NCBI GenBank assembly: GCA_963811165.1 | Contig: CAWEQH010000008.1 | Span: 64,001-128,000, forward strand | DNA: 64,000 bases | Reading direction: 5' to 3' | From: an uncultured Nitrospiraceae bacterium | GTDB taxonomy: Bacteria; Nitrospirota; Thermodesulfovibrionia; Thermodesulfovibrionales; UBA6898 | Part shown: positions 29,989-41,734 of the stretch, piece by piece | How the letters are laid out: each line of letters starts with the position of its first letter | Position numbering within the stretch: the stretch's first letter is position 1 | The notes under the pieces: model-generated | Seen by the model: only the letters and a program-made list of their open reading frames with translations | The model's database searches: none | Told to the model about the DNA's origin: nothing | Translations under genes and position numbers: made by a program

Positions 29989-30412
29989 CTGATAATGAGC
30001 CGTCTCGGTTAAGCACACAACTACAGCGTTTTTTTTAAGATGAGATGGAAGGTGCAGTTGACCCTCTACCCAAAAAGGAAAACTTTGGCCCTTATCTTGA
30101 GTCCGCTATCGTTGAAGGTTTATTCCGGCATTTGACACGGGAGAAAGTGGACTCCCAAATCTTTTCGAAGTAAGGCAACGAGTCGAATGCCAGAGGGACT
30201 CCTAAAGATGCGGGACGAACTCCTCAGTTATCGCGAATTGAAACTCGCGTTTAGTTTTGTGAGTATCTGTCATAGGATCTTTTATCACTAGAATGGCCGA
30301 AAGAAACACCCTCCGGCTTTCCCGGTCTTTGTGGCTGAGTTGATGTGCGCTGAAAACTCTGAGGATAACGGGGGCTCAGGCCGGATCACAGAGGGGGCTA
30401 AGGGACTGACTT

Positions 30413-31027
30413 TTAGGCTTCCTTCACAGGAACAGGCTTTCTTACTCTTTCCGTCAACTTCCCTTCTTCATCAAACAAAAGTATATCCCCTGCTTCGCAC
30501 GCCACCCCCTGGACTACCGCGTCTTCGGTGAGCCTGTAATTGTCTAGCATGCCGTTCCCGTGGAAAGAGGCCCATGCCCCCTGGCTGAGCGTTACGCCTG
30601 AGACTTTAGTGTCTTCAGCGAGAAAGCATCTTTTTAGACCGCCGGCATCATAAAACCCTATCCAGCGTCCCTCCATACAGGGAATCCCCTGATAAAGGAT
30701 GTTTTCTGAAAGCCTGCAGGCAGAAAGGGCGCCATTGTCATGAAAGAGCAGAAACGTATCGGACCGCACCGGTATTCCTTTTACCATACTGTCTTCCGGC
30801 AAGTTGCATCTGAGCAGCCTCCCGTTTTCGTGGAAGTAGACCTTTGAGCCTGCCCTGCAGGGAACCCCGTCAATCACCTTATCAAAAAGAGGCACGAAGC
30901 TTGAGACGCCACCGCGCAGATGAAACCATACCCAGGAACCGGCCCTGCATAGTATCTTTCCCGCATCTTCATCGGAAGCAAGGAGTTTTCCCTGCAAACT
31001 GCCGTTGGGGTAATAAAGCGTTGTCAT
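30413..31027 (-). CDS. Protein of about 6.5 tandem 30-aa repeats (MORN-variant-like)
   Basis: Repeat FHxNGxLxxCxLxEDxxVxGIPCxAGxxVx. Confidence 0.8.
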   Translation of the reverse strand: MTTLYYPNGSLQGKLLASDEDAGKILCRAGSWVWFHLRGGVSSFVPLFDKVIDGVPCRAGSKVYFHENGRLLRCNLPEDSMVKGIPVRSDTFLLFHDNGALSACRLSENILYQGIPCMEGRWIGFYDAGGLKRCFLAEDTKVSGVTLSQGAWASFHGNGMLDNYRLTEDAVVQGVACEAGDILLFDEEGKLTERVRKPVPVKEA

Positions 31028-31665
31028 GAGCGGTAGTCAAGCAAAGCGCCGTCTTCCCTGAAGACAATAAGCTCGCCGGCCTTGTAGAGATCGCCCTGTA
31101 TTATTACATCCCGGCCGGCGGTACATGCGGAGAGCCGTCTGTCTTCCCGGAGCCAGACGCGCGTACCTGCTTTGCATGATATCCCTTCGATGGCGCAGTC
31201 TTCAGAGAGATAAAAGGCTGACAATCGGCCGTTATCGAAAAAACAGACGTCTCCCCCGCAACGAACAGGGTACCCTTCGATGGACGTGTCATGAACCATA
31301 TCACATTTGAAGAGGCTACCATTTCGGTGAAACATGACCAAGGATCCTGCAACTGAAGAGATGCCCCCGATCTGCGTATCCGCCGAAAGCACGCACGAAA
31401 GAACGTTTCCTTGGGGGAAGAATTCCACTTCACTATTTGCCTTGCACGGCAAGCTGTTTATGACCGTGTCTTCGGAAAGATTGCATCTCCAGAGCGTCCC
31501 GTTTTCATCGAAGCCTAAGATTGAAGCCTTTTTAAAATGAACCCCATGGACTACGAAATCTTCGGAGAGGGCACCGGATTTAATGACTTTTGATGCCGGG
31601 TAAGTGACGGTTGAGTCTTCGGTGAAGGGGATTTCCTCAGTTCCGGCCGCCACTAGATCCTGCAT
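31024..31665 (-). CDS. Paralogous protein of about 6.5 tandem 30-aa repeats
   Basis: Same 30-aa period; ATGA overlap with the downstream paralogue. Confidence 0.8.
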   Translation of the reverse strand: MQDLVAAGTEEIPFTEDSTVTYPASKVIKSGALSEDFVVHGVHFKKASILGFDENGTLWRCNLSEDTVINSLPCKANSEVEFFPQGNVLSCVLSADTQIGGISSVAGSLVMFHRNGSLFKCDMVHDTSIEGYPVRCGGDVCFFDNGRLSAFYLSEDCAIEGISCKAGTRVWLREDRRLSACTAGRDVIIQGDLYKAGELIVFREDGALLDYRS

Positions 31666-32017
31666 TGCCCTGACCGAGGCCTCTGTAGAAGGCCCTGACC
31701 GAGGCTTCTTTGACGTCTTCCATCATCTCTGCCTTTGCTTTTTCAAGACGGCCGACCTCGACGCCCAATTTCTTTGCCATGCCATCGAGGGAGACCCCTT
31801 TTGTGAAATGCTCCTCTCCAATAAGGACCTTCAACATGTCGTCGATGATGCTCTTCCTGAGTTCTTCGTCCTCTACCGTAACGGCTGCACAGGCACTGTC
31901 GAAATCAAGACCCTGGTCGAGCTTCTCCCTGATTATCGCTTCGGCCTTTTCGTATATCTTGGCGGTATCGGTCTTAAACGCGTCATCCGGCAGGCCCTCA
32001 TACCATTTTTCAGCCAT
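31637..32017 (-). CDS. Acidic helical hypothetical protein
   Basis: AAGGAG RBS; overlaps the next gene. Confidence 0.75.
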   Translation of the reverse strand: MAEKWYEGLPDDAFKTDTAKIYEKAEAIIREKLDQGLDFDSACAAVTVEDEELRKSIIDDMLKVLIGEEHFTKGVSLDGMAKKLGVEVGRLEKAKAEMMEDVKEASVRAFYRGLGQGNAGSSGGRN

Positions 32018-32123
32018 GGGTACTCCTTCACATTAATCCGACTTTAAAAAATATCGTATCATAAAACACGGGGTTATTTGAACTGCGGGCGGATAATCCG
32101 GGTGCCGTAAGAGACCGCATGCG

Positions 32124-32153
32124 TTGACATCGGGACTGAATAGACCCTAAAAT
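32124..32153 (+). promoter_or_regulatory. Sigma70-like promoter of icd
   Basis: TTGACA-N18-TAAAAT. Confidence 0.55.
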
Positions 32154-32188
32154 TATCAACTCTAACCTTATTAATACGGGGGAATACA

Positions 32189-33397
32189 GTGGCAATTAAA
32201 GTTAAAAATCCTATTGTAGAGATGGACGGCGATGAAATGGCCAGGATAATCTGGCATATGATAAAAGAGAAGCTCTTGTCCCCTTTTCTGGATATGGAGA
32301 TCCGCTATTTTGACCTGGGGATCAAACAAAGAGACGCGACAGACGACAAGGTGACCGTTGACGCTGCGGAGGCGATCAAGGAGACCGGAATCGGGGTGAA
32401 GTGCGCCACGATCACCCCAAATGCCGCAAGGGTGAAGGAATATAACCTCAAGCAGCAGTGGAAAAGTCCAAACGGCACGATCCGCTCGATCCTGGACGGA
32501 ACCGTTTTCAGGAAACCGATTATTCTTAAGAACATACCCCCTGCAGTGCGTACATGGAAGAAGCCTATTATGATCGGCCGTCACGCCTACGGCGACATAT
32601 ATAAATGCACGGAACTTGTTGTTGATGCTCCGGGCACGGCGGAGCTTGTGTTTGCTCCGGCCAACGGAGGGGAAAAGAAAGTCCTGAAGATCCATGACTT
32701 TAAGGGCAGGGGAGTTGTCATGGGGATGCATAATACGGAGTCCTCCATCAGGAGTTTTGCGAAGGCCTGCATTAATTACGCGCTCGGCGAGCGCGTCAAC
32801 CTCTGGTTTGGTGCGAAGGACACGATCTCCAAACAGTACCATGGTTTTTTCAGGGACATCTTTGCGGAGGAGATAGCTAAAGTAAAGGGGCGCTTTGATG
32901 CCGCGGGCATATGCTACCGGTATCTGCTTATTGATGATGCGGTGGCACAGATAATGAAGTCGGAAGGCGGAATGCTCTGGGCCTGTATGAACTACGATGG
33001 CGACGTCATGTCTGATATGGTGGCTACAGGATTTGGCAGCCTGGGCCTTATGACCTCAGTCTTGGTTTCTCCTGACGGCAAATACGAATTCGAGGCAGCC
33101 CACGGGACGGTGGTAAGACATTACTACGAGCATCTCAAAGGTAATCCCACTTCAACTAATTCAATCGCCTCTATCTTTGCATGGACCGGCGCCCTTGCGA
33201 AGCGTGGGGAGATGGACAATACTCCGGAAGTGGTCAATTTCGCCCGCACTCTCGAAAGGGTGGTCATCGAAACAGCCGAAAGCGGGATCATGACGAAAGA
33301 CCTGATGCTTATTGCGGAACCCAGGGCTTCAAAATATGCGCATACCGAAGAGTTTATCGATGCCGTGGCGGAGAGGCTGAAAAAAAATATTTTGTAG
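32189..33397 (+). CDS. icd: NADP-dependent isocitrate dehydrogenase
   Basis: [39 protein letters not shown]. Confidence 0.97.
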   Translation: MAIKVKNPIVEMDGDEMARIIWHMIKEKLLSPFLDMEIRYFDLGIKQRDATDDKVTVDAAEAIKETGIGVKCATITPNAARVKEYNLKQQWKSPNGTIRSILDGTVFRKPIILKNIPPAVRTWKKPIMIGRHAYGDIYKCTELVVDAPGTAELVFAPANGGEKKVLKIHDFKGRGVVMGMHNTESSIRSFAKACINYALGERVNLWFGAKDTISKQYHGFFRDIFAEEIAKVKGRFDAAGICYRYLLIDDAVAQIMKSEGGMLWACMNYDGDVMSDMVATGFGSLGLMTSVLVSPDGKYEFEAAHGTVVRHYYEHLKGNPTSTNSIASIFAWTGALAKRGEMDNTPEVVNFARTLERVVIETAESGIMTKDLMLIAEPRASKYAHTEEFIDAVAERLKKNIL

Positions 33398-33419
33398 GGG
33401 CGGGGTAACCTGCCCTTAC
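33394..33419. repeat. GTAG-class REP-like palindrome
   Basis: GTAGGGGCGGGGTAACCTGCCCTTAC overlapping the icd stop. Confidence 0.6.
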
Positions 33420-33427
33420 ATTGTTCC

Positions 33428-34000
33428 TTACTCTTTTCCTGTCACCCACCAGTCGCTCTTGTCTGAAAACCACCAAAGGGAAGAATCTGTTTCGAGGATC
33501 GTCTGGGCCAAATTACGTGCGGTATCCGTCTTTAAACGCTTTAACGCATATTCGAGCCATTCATCGGCGTATTTGTTACCAACATCTTTATATTCTTTTA
33601 GCGCCAGTATCAACTCCAGCTGGTCGGCGTCATGGGCCAACAGCGCCTCAAGACTCTCGCCTTTTTCGAATTCTTCGATAAGTTCTTTGATCTCATTGCC
33701 GAAAGGCACGGTCGCGGCAAGGTCCCGCACAGCCTTTCCTATGTCGGCCTTTACATATTTTTTGTTTACGTAATTCAGATCTCCGGTACGTGCTTCGGGA
33801 AGGTCATGGAACAGGCACATCTTGATAAGCCTGTCTGTATCAGCGTCCTTCACAAGTCGGCCAAGGGTATAGCCGATATAGACGGCCCTGAATATGTGTT
33901 CGGCAACCGATTCGGCCCCGGATCCGAGGAACTGAAACCCTGTCCTCGGCGTGCGTTTGAGCATGCCTGCTTCGAACAAAAAATTAGCAATGTTATTCAT
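33428..34000 (-). CDS. HD-domain phosphohydrolase (YfbR/HD_3-like)
   Basis: LKRTPRTG, ESVAEH, CLFHDLPEARTGD, HDADQLE. Confidence 0.9.
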   Translation of the reverse strand: MNNIANFLFEAGMLKRTPRTGFQFLGSGAESVAEHIFRAVYIGYTLGRLVKDADTDRLIKMCLFHDLPEARTGDLNYVNKKYVKADIGKAVRDLAATVPFGNEIKELIEEFEKGESLEALLAHDADQLELILALKEYKDVGNKYADEWLEYALKRLKTDTARNLAQTILETDSSLWWFSDKSDWWVTGKE

Positions 34001-34010
34001 GGAATATACC

Positions 34011-35507
34011 TCAATCTATCTTTTCTTTCTCGATAAACGCATCTTTTAAAAGCCTGGACTGCCTCTCGAATGCCTGCCTCGGATTTTTAGAGTCCTTCAT
34101 TAAAGCGATTTCCTGGGTGATGAGTCTCGCGAGGTTGAGGATATGCGTGTCGGCCTTTCCTGATTCTCTCCTGTAAAGCGGATGGTCCCTGTTGATGTAA
34201 ATAGTCGTCTCCTCCGTAAAGACCTCAGATCCCTCTTCTCCGAAGCTGTCCACGACACAGGAAACACCATATTGCCCGAACTTCATTTTTTTGATGACCG
34301 CATTTGGGGTAAGCCGCTTTACTTGGGGCCTCTTCTTTCTCTTCTTTATTTCAGGCGTTTTTACCTTTTCTTTACCTATCGGCGAGGCGTTACCTGCAAT
34401 GCCCGTCTCCTCAGCCTTCTTTTCCGATAAAAGCCCTGCTCCTCCGATACCTTTGGTCTCATCATCCGCAACCGGAAGTGCGCCGAAGGGCGAAAGTTCG
34501 GGGTTATGAGACAATGCCCTATAGACTCGGTGTAATGCCTCGTTCAAGGCACGGCTGACAATCCTGCCTTCCTTTTTTGCCGTGAGCCTGTGAAGTGCTT
34601 TCTTTATCTCCTCGATAACCTTCTCCATAACAGCCAGAAACGCTCTGTATTCCGGCGAATCTTTTATAAAGCCCGTCCTGTCGCTCGTTACGGGAAGAAA
34701 GTCGGCATTCACTTCTCCTCTGACCCGCGCCATGACCTTCCCCCATGTCTCCATGCCGAAGAGCTCCCGCCTAACAGTAACCTGTTTGACTTTGATCTCT
34801 ACCCCAAGAGCCTCCGTAGAGGCCATTGTCTGTGGAAGGATTATTATTTCTCCATGCACCGGCCCGAATTCAGTTCCCTCAAGGAATGGGATTTTATGGC
34901 CGGCGAGACTTCTTGGGGTAATTGTGTGGCTATTTAGCCTGACTCTGAAATTCGGCGCTTTGAGTGGTGTCCCTTCGATTATTCGCGCTTCGATGTCATT
35001 TAGTTCAAACCGCCTGTTCAAGCCTGTCAGCATGACTGTTGTTCCATCTGTTTTCCTGAAGTCGGTCGGCAAAAGATCGAGGGGGAGATTCCACGTGCCG
35101 CCGGCCTTTTCCCACTCGGCTTTATCAAAGATGACCCGTGCGACAAACTCACCCTTTCTTGTCAAGACCTCAAAACGCTCACAGGCGGACAGGCTTGCGA
35201 ATTTTCCTATGCCGAACTGTCCTATCCGGTCTCGGTGATATAGCGGAGATTTCGATGAATGGAGTTTGAGCTGGGAGCCGATGCTGAAATACTGTCTGAG
35301 CCCTTCCCTGTCCATCCCTGAGCCGTTATCCTTGATCTCGATACTGTCTTCTGAAACTGTGATATCGACAAGAGTGGCATCGGCATCGTAGGCGTTGTTC
35401 ACGATCTCCCTGACAAACTCGATGCTCTCGGTATAAAGCCTTTCACCAATGGTGATGATATGACTTTTATCGACAGTGACGGGGATATATTCTTTTTCAG
35501 GGTCCAT
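34011..35507 (-). CDS. MORC-like GHKL ATPase (HATPase_c_3 type)
   Basis: REIVNNAYDA, DNGSGM, GQFGIGKFA, DGTTV; S5-like GEVNADFL; C-terminal IYINRDHPLY. Confidence 0.85.
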   Translation of the reverse strand: MDPEKEYIPVTVDKSHIITIGERLYTESIEFVREIVNNAYDADATLVDITVSEDSIEIKDNGSGMDREGLRQYFSIGSQLKLHSSKSPLYHRDRIGQFGIGKFASLSACERFEVLTRKGEFVARVIFDKAEWEKAGGTWNLPLDLLPTDFRKTDGTTVMLTGLNRRFELNDIEARIIEGTPLKAPNFRVRLNSHTITPRSLAGHKIPFLEGTEFGPVHGEIIILPQTMASTEALGVEIKVKQVTVRRELFGMETWGKVMARVRGEVNADFLPVTSDRTGFIKDSPEYRAFLAVMEKVIEEIKKALHRLTAKKEGRIVSRALNEALHRVYRALSHNPELSPFGALPVADDETKGIGGAGLLSEKKAEETGIAGNASPIGKEKVKTPEIKKRKKRPQVKRLTPNAVIKKMKFGQYGVSCVVDSFGEEGSEVFTEETTIYINRDHPLYRRESGKADTHILNLARLITQEIALMKDSKNPRQAFERQSRLLKDAFIEKEKID

Positions 35508-35644
35508 AGCCGGTGAATGCTATTTTAGCATAGGTGAGGCGCCTCTTCCCTCAAATACCCTTTTCTGGTATTATTGTCTTAGTTTATTGGAGTAGAGACC
35601 TGCAACTTACAAGCTTGCATAATATATTTCTTAAGGAGAATGCC

Positions 35645-36937
35645 ATGGCTGACCTTAAAAAGATGTACAGGACTATTATGGACGATAATTTCCCTGATGA
35701 GATGACGATAAAGTTCGGCGACCAGACTCTTCTCTACAGAAAGAGGGCATGGAGGATACCTGATGAAAAAACAGGTGAACTCATCGAAAAAGGGCTTCGC
35801 TACGGCGAAAACCCCGACCAGCAGGCGGCGCTTTTCGAACTCGTAAACGGGAACCTGGTGCTGGGAGACTGCAAATTTATCGAGGCGGGCAATGGCCTGG
35901 TGAGCAGCATTACCGAAGAAGACATGATCCAGGCCGGAAAGCATCCCGGCAAGACGAACCTCACCGACCTCGACAACGCCCTTAATATCCTCAAATTTCT
36001 CTCTTCCGGCCCGGCGGCGACGATTATGAAGCATAACAACCCCTGCGGTGTGGCCTACGGTAAGAACGTTGCAGAGGCTTATGACAGGGCGAACATGGCC
36101 GACAGGATCGCCGCCTTCGGTGGTTGTCTTGTTGTCAACCGGGCCATGGATAAGGCCTGTGCGGAAATGGTGAGCGGCAACTACCTGGAGGTCGTCGGCG
36201 CGCCCGACTTTGAAGAGGGCGTGGTGGACATCCTTGCGAAGAGGAAAAACCTGAGAATAGTCAGGATACATAAAATCGGCGCTCTGGAAAAATACAGGTC
36301 TACTCGTTTCGTGGATTTCAAGTCGCTTATTGACGGAGGGATTATCGTCCAGCAATCGCCTTTGAACAGGATAAAGACGAAAGAGGATTTTCTCCCGGCG
36401 AAAACGCTCTATAAGGGCAAAGAATATGCGATTGAGCGTCGGCCTACCGACAAAGAGTATGACGACATGCTTTTCGGCTGGAGTGTCGAACAAGGGGTCA
36501 CTTCAAATTCCGTCCTGTTTGTGAAGGACGGGGTGACCGTGGGCATTGGCACCGGCGAACAGGACAGGGTGGGAGTCGCCGAGATAGCTGTCTTCAAGGC
36601 TCACACAAAATATGCCGATGCCCTCTGCTTCAGGAAATACGGCGTGCCCTACAAGACCTTCGAGCTTGAGGCGTCACAGGGCAAAAGGGATGCCGCGGCT
36701 CTCAAAGAGATAGATGAAGAGACAAAGAAAAAGAAGGGCGGCCTTATCGGCTCGACTATGGTTTCCGACGCTTTTTTCCCCTTTAGAGACGGGGTGGATG
36801 TCGGAATCAAGGAAGGGATCGCGGCGATTGTACATCCGGGCGGCTCCGACAGGGATTTTGAATCCATCGAGGCATGCAATCAGGCCGATCCGAAAGTCAC
36901 AATGGTCTTTACCGGGCAGAGGGCCTTCAAACACTGA
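35645..36937 (+). CDS. purH: PurH-family AICAR transformylase variant
   Basis: LRYGENPDQ, MKHNNPCG, AAFGG, SDAFFPF, FTGQRAFKH; lacks the usual N-terminal MGS-like domain; start revised to ATG 35645. Confidence 0.8.
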   Translation: MADLKKMYRTIMDDNFPDEMTIKFGDQTLLYRKRAWRIPDEKTGELIEKGLRYGENPDQQAALFELVNGNLVLGDCKFIEAGNGLVSSITEEDMIQAGKHPGKTNLTDLDNALNILKFLSSGPAATIMKHNNPCGVAYGKNVAEAYDRANMADRIAAFGGCLVVNRAMDKACAEMVSGNYLEVVGAPDFEEGVVDILAKRKNLRIVRIHKIGALEKYRSTRFVDFKSLIDGGIIVQQSPLNRIKTKEDFLPAKTLYKGKEYAIERRPTDKEYDDMLFGWSVEQGVTSNSVLFVKDGVTVGIGTGEQDRVGVAEIAVFKAHTKYADALCFRKYGVPYKTFELEASQGKRDAAALKEIDEETKKKKGGLIGSTMVSDAFFPFRDGVDVGIKEGIAAIVHPGGSDRDFESIEACNQADPKVTMVFTGQRAFKH

Positions 36938-37098
36938 CATTTATACTGATAGGGAGTACTTATAAAAAGAATGAGAAATAGTATGTCTTGGGGCCTTTAC
37001 TTTACTTAATAATGTTGTGGTATAATATCTCTTCCAAGCCGTAGACCAACGCAGGTTTTTTTGTGGCGGTGATTTTTTTCCCGGATAGCCCAAAAAAC

Positions 37099-37127
37099 TT
37101 GACAAATATATTTTTCTCTGGTAAAGT
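37099..37127 (+). promoter_or_regulatory. Sigma70 promoter of the str operon
   Basis: TTGACA-N17-TAAAGT with extended TG; a second TGnTATAAT lies at 37018-37026. Confidence 0.7.
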
Positions 37128-37186
37128 TGTAAGGTTTTTCCCAGAGCATCAAGAATTATTTGACTCGTTAATTTTATGGAGGAAAA

Positions 37187-37558
37187 GTGCCCACAATAGC
37201 ACAATTAGTCAGGCAGGGACGTAAAAGTTTGGTGGTCAAAACGAAGAGTCCTGCGTTAAAGTCCTGTCCCCAGAAAAGGGGGGTATGCGTGAGGGTCTAT
37301 ACGACTACGCCGAAGAAGCCGAACTCGGCATTGAGGAAGGTCGCAAGAGTAAGGCTGACGAACGCGATGGAAGTCACCGCGTATATCCCGGGTGTGGGAC
37401 ATAACCTGCAGGAGCATTCTATAGTCATGATAAGAGGCGGAAGGGTTAAGGACTTGCCCGGCGTCAGATACCATATTATAAGAGGCACGCTCGACTCTAC
37501 CGGTGTGAACGACAGGAGACGCAGCAGATCGAAGTACGGGACAAAGAAGCCTAAGTAA
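37187..37558 (+). CDS. rpsL: 30S ribosomal protein S12
   Basis: [20 protein letters not shown]. Confidence 0.99.
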   Translation: MPTIAQLVRQGRKSLVVKTKSPALKSCPQKRGVCVRVYTTTPKKPNSALRKVARVRLTNAMEVTAYIPGVGHNLQEHSIVMIRGGRVKDLPGVRYHIIRGTLDSTGVNDRRRSRSKYGTKKPK

Positions 37559-37582
37559 TACGGAGCATAAACGGAGTAAATA

Positions 37583-38058
<476 letters not shown>

Positions 38059-38079
38059 AGAGAGTAGAGGAGAGAGATT

Positions 38080-40160
38080 TTGTCAAAGGTCCCGCTGGAA
38101 ACAACACGCAATATTGGAATCATGGCCCACATCGATGCCGGGAAAACCACGACCACGGAAAGGATTCTCTACTATACGGGTGTTACCTATAAGATAGGCG
38201 AGGTCCATGAGGGGACCGCTGTTATGGACTGGATGGTCCAGGAACAGGAAAGAGGCATTACCATAACATCCGCAGCAACGACTTGCTTTTGGAGAGACCA
38301 CAAAATAAATATCATAGATACCCCGGGGCATGTTGATTTTACGATCGAGGTGGAAAGGTCATTGAGGGTGCTGGACGGGGCGGTGGCGGTATTTGATTCG
38401 GTGGCAGGGGTCGAACCTCAGTCCGAGACGGTCTGGCGGCAGGCGAACAAGTATAATGTGCCCAGGATCGCTTTTATGAATAAAATGGACAGGATGGGAG
38501 CAGATTTTTACATGGCGGTAAACAGTATGGTCGACAGATTAGGCGCTAACCCCGTCGCGGTCCAGCTTCCGATAGGCGCGGAAGATAATTTCAGGGGACC
38601 GATCGACCTTGTGACGATGAAGGCCCTCTATTATGACGACGAGACTCTCGGCGCAAAATTCGTAGAAGGGGACATCCCTGACGAGCTTATGCCGCAGGCG
38701 AAGGAATACAGGGAAAAGATGATCGAGGCGATCTCCGATGTCGATGAGAAAATCATGGAGAAGTATCTCGGCGGCGGTGAGATCAGCGAAGATGAGATAA
38801 GGGCGGCCCTAAGGAAAGGTACGGTGGAGATGAAGTTTACTCCCGTCCTCTGCGGGACCGCATTCAAGAATAAAGGGGTCCAGCAGCTTCTTGATGGTAT
38901 CGTCGACTACCTGCCCTCCCCGCACGATATCCCTCCGGTTATTGGTAAGGACCCGGACAGTGGAGCCGACGTATTGAGAAAGGCCGATGACAAAGAACCC
39001 TTTTCTGCATTTGCCTTTAAGGTGATGACAGACCCGTTCGTGGGCCAGCTTACCTTCCTTAGGGTATATTCAGGTGTAATGGCTGCAGGCTCATATGTAT
39101 ATAATTCGACAAAGGGCACGAAGGAGAGAGTCGGCAGGCTGCTTAAGATGCACGCCAATAAGAGGGAAGATATAAAGGAAGTTTCTGCCGGTGATATTGC
39201 TGCGGCCGTCGGGTTGAAAAGCACGCTTACCGGGGATACCCTCTGCGACGAAAAGAAGCCGGTAATACTGGAAGCGATGGAATTCCCGGAACCGGTTATT
39301 CGGTGGCGATAGAGCCCAAGACAAAGGCCGACCAGGAGAAGCTCGGCGCAGTCACTCGGGAAGCTGATGCAGGAGGACCCTTCTTTTAGGGTAATACCAA
39401 TGAAGAGACAGGCCAGACGATTATCTCGCGGTATGGGCGAACTGCATCTGGAGATTATAGTAGACAGGCTTTTAAGAGAGTTTAAGGTAGGAGCGAATGT
39501 CGGCAAGCCCCAGGTTGCATACAGAGAGACGATAAAGATACCTTCGAAGGCGGAAGGGAAGTTTGTCAGGCAGATCCGGCGGCCGCGGCCAGTACGGACA
39601 TGTGTATATTGAGCTTGAACCCCATGAGCCCGGAAAAGGCTATGAGTTTGTGAGCAAGGTTGTAGGCGGCACCGTACCGAGGGAGTACTGGTCGGCTGTC
39701 GATAAAGGCATAAAAGAGGCGCTGGACGAGGGAATACTTGCCGGGTATCCTGTTGTTGACATCAAGGCGATCCTCTATGACGGCTCCTATCACGAAGTAG
39801 ACTCATCTGAGATGGCCTTTAAGATCGCCGGCTCGATGGGATTTAAAGAGGCGGCGAAGAAGGCGAAGCCGGTCATCCTCGAGCCGATCATGAATGTCGA
39901 AGTGGTGACGCCCGAGGAATATATGGGCGACGTTATCGGAGATCTTAATTCCCGCAGGGGCAAGATACAGCAGATGGAAAAACGCGGCAAGGCGCAGGTG
40001 ATCAAGGTCTCAGGTCCCTCTCTCCGAGATGTTTGGATATGCCACTGACCTCAGGTCCAAGACCCAGGGCAGGGCAACGTACACGATGCAGTTTGCAAAT
40101 TACGATGAAGTGCCCAAGAGTATCGCTGAAACGATTATCGCGAAGGTTAAAGGCGAATAG
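38080..40160 (+). CDS. fusA: Elongation factor G (several frameshifts)
   Basis: [38 protein letters not shown] in successive frames. Confidence 0.96.
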
Positions 40161-40226
40161 AGAGTAACCAGGTATGACGCCGGATTATCCCGGCCGCACT
40201 GCAAGAAGATATAGGAAGGAGGCAAG

Positions 40227-41426
40227 ATGGCAAAGGCAAAATTTGAGAGGACGAAACCTCATTGCAACGTAGGGACGATAGGGCACGTAGACCACGGCAA
40301 GACGACATTGACGGCTGCGATAACGAAGGTGCTGGCGTTTACCGGTCAGGCGACGTACCGGGCGTATGATTCGATAGATAACGCACCTGAGGAGAAGGCC
40401 AGGGGTATAACGATTGCTACGGCGCACGTTGAGTACGAGACGGCCAACAGGCATTATGCGCATGTAGATTGTCCTGGACATGCGGACTATGTGAAGAACA
40501 TGATCACCGGGGCGGCGCAGATGGACGGGGCGATACTGGTGGTGAGTGCAGCAGACGGGCCGATGCCGCAGACGAGGGAGCATATACTGCTTGCAAGACA
40601 GGTAGGGGTACCGTACATAGTGGTGTACATGAACAAGACGGACATGGTGGACGACCCTGAACTATTGGAGTTGGTGGAGCTTGAGGTGAGGGAGCTATTG
40701 TCAAGTACCAGTTTCCTGGGGACAAGATACCGATCATAAAGGGCAGTGCGCTTAAGGCGATAGAGAGCACGTCTACGGACCCCAAGGCTGAGGAGTACAA
40801 GAGCATACATGAGCTGATGGAGGCGGTGGACAGCTATGTACCGACGCCTGAGAGGCCTATAGACAAGCCGTTTTTGATGCCGATAGAGGACGTATTTTCG
40901 ATCTCCGGCCGTGGGACGGTGGTGACGGGCAGGGTAGAGAGAGGCATAGTGAAGGTAGGCGAGGAAATGGAGATAGTGGGGTTAGGGGAGACGAGGAAGA
41001 CGGTAGTGACGGGGGTAGAGATGTTCCGGAAGCTGCTGGATGAAGGCAGGGCAGGGGACAACATCGGAGCGCTGCTTAAGAGGAATAGGGAAGGACGACG
41101 TGGAGCGTGGACAAGTATTGGCGAAACCTGGTAGTATAACGCCTCATACGAAGTTCAAGTGCGAAGTATATATATTGACGAAGGAAGAGGGTGGCAGGCA
41201 TACGCCGTTTTTCAAGGGGTACCGGCCGCAGTTTTATTTCAGGACGACGGACGTTACAGGAGTGGCGCAGTTGCCCGATGGAGTTGAGATGGTGATGCCG
41301 GGGGACAACGTGAGCCTCTCGGTTGAGCTGATCTCTCCGATCGCGATGGAGAAGGAACTGAGGTTTGCGATAAGAGAAGGCGGCCGCACCGTCGGAGCCG
41401 GAGTCGTTACCGAGGTATTGGAGTAA
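40227..41426 (+). CDS. tuf: Elongation factor Tu (frameshifts near 40700 and 41075)
   Basis: [31 protein letters not shown]. Confidence 0.97.
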
Positions 41427-41428
41427 AC

Positions 41429-41734
41429 GTGAATCAAAAGATAAGGATAAAACTAAGAGCATACGATCACAGGGTCCTCGACCAATCTCTAAAAGAGATC
41501 GTCGATACGGCGCAGAGGACCGGGGCGAGGGTTGCCGGACCGGTTCCGCTGCCTACCCATATCAGCAAGATAACGGTCCTCAGGTCTCCCCATGTGGACA
41601 AGAAGTCGAGGGAGCAGTTTGAGATCAGGACCCATAAAAGGCTCATCGACATTCACGACGCAACGCCTCAGACAGTAGACGCCCTGATGAAGCTGGAACT
41701 GGCGGCAGGGGTGGACGTGGAGATAAAACTATGA
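41429..41734 (+). CDS. rpsJ: 30S ribosomal protein S10
   Basis: [14 protein letters not shown]. Confidence 0.99.
   Translation: MNQKIRIKLRAYDHRVLDQSLKEIVDTAQRTGARVAGPVPLPTHISKITVLRSPHVDKKSREQFEIRTHKRLIDIHDATPQTVDALMKLELAAGVDVEIKL

Noticed and set aside
26519..30222. Inverted 12-mer GAGTTCGTCCCG flanking the IS3 and surface-protein patch
   Set aside because: A 12-bp match is expected by chance in 64 kb and does not extend cleanly
35510..35644. ZMP/ZTP riboswitch before purH
   Set aside because: The conserved pfl-motif sequences are not visible
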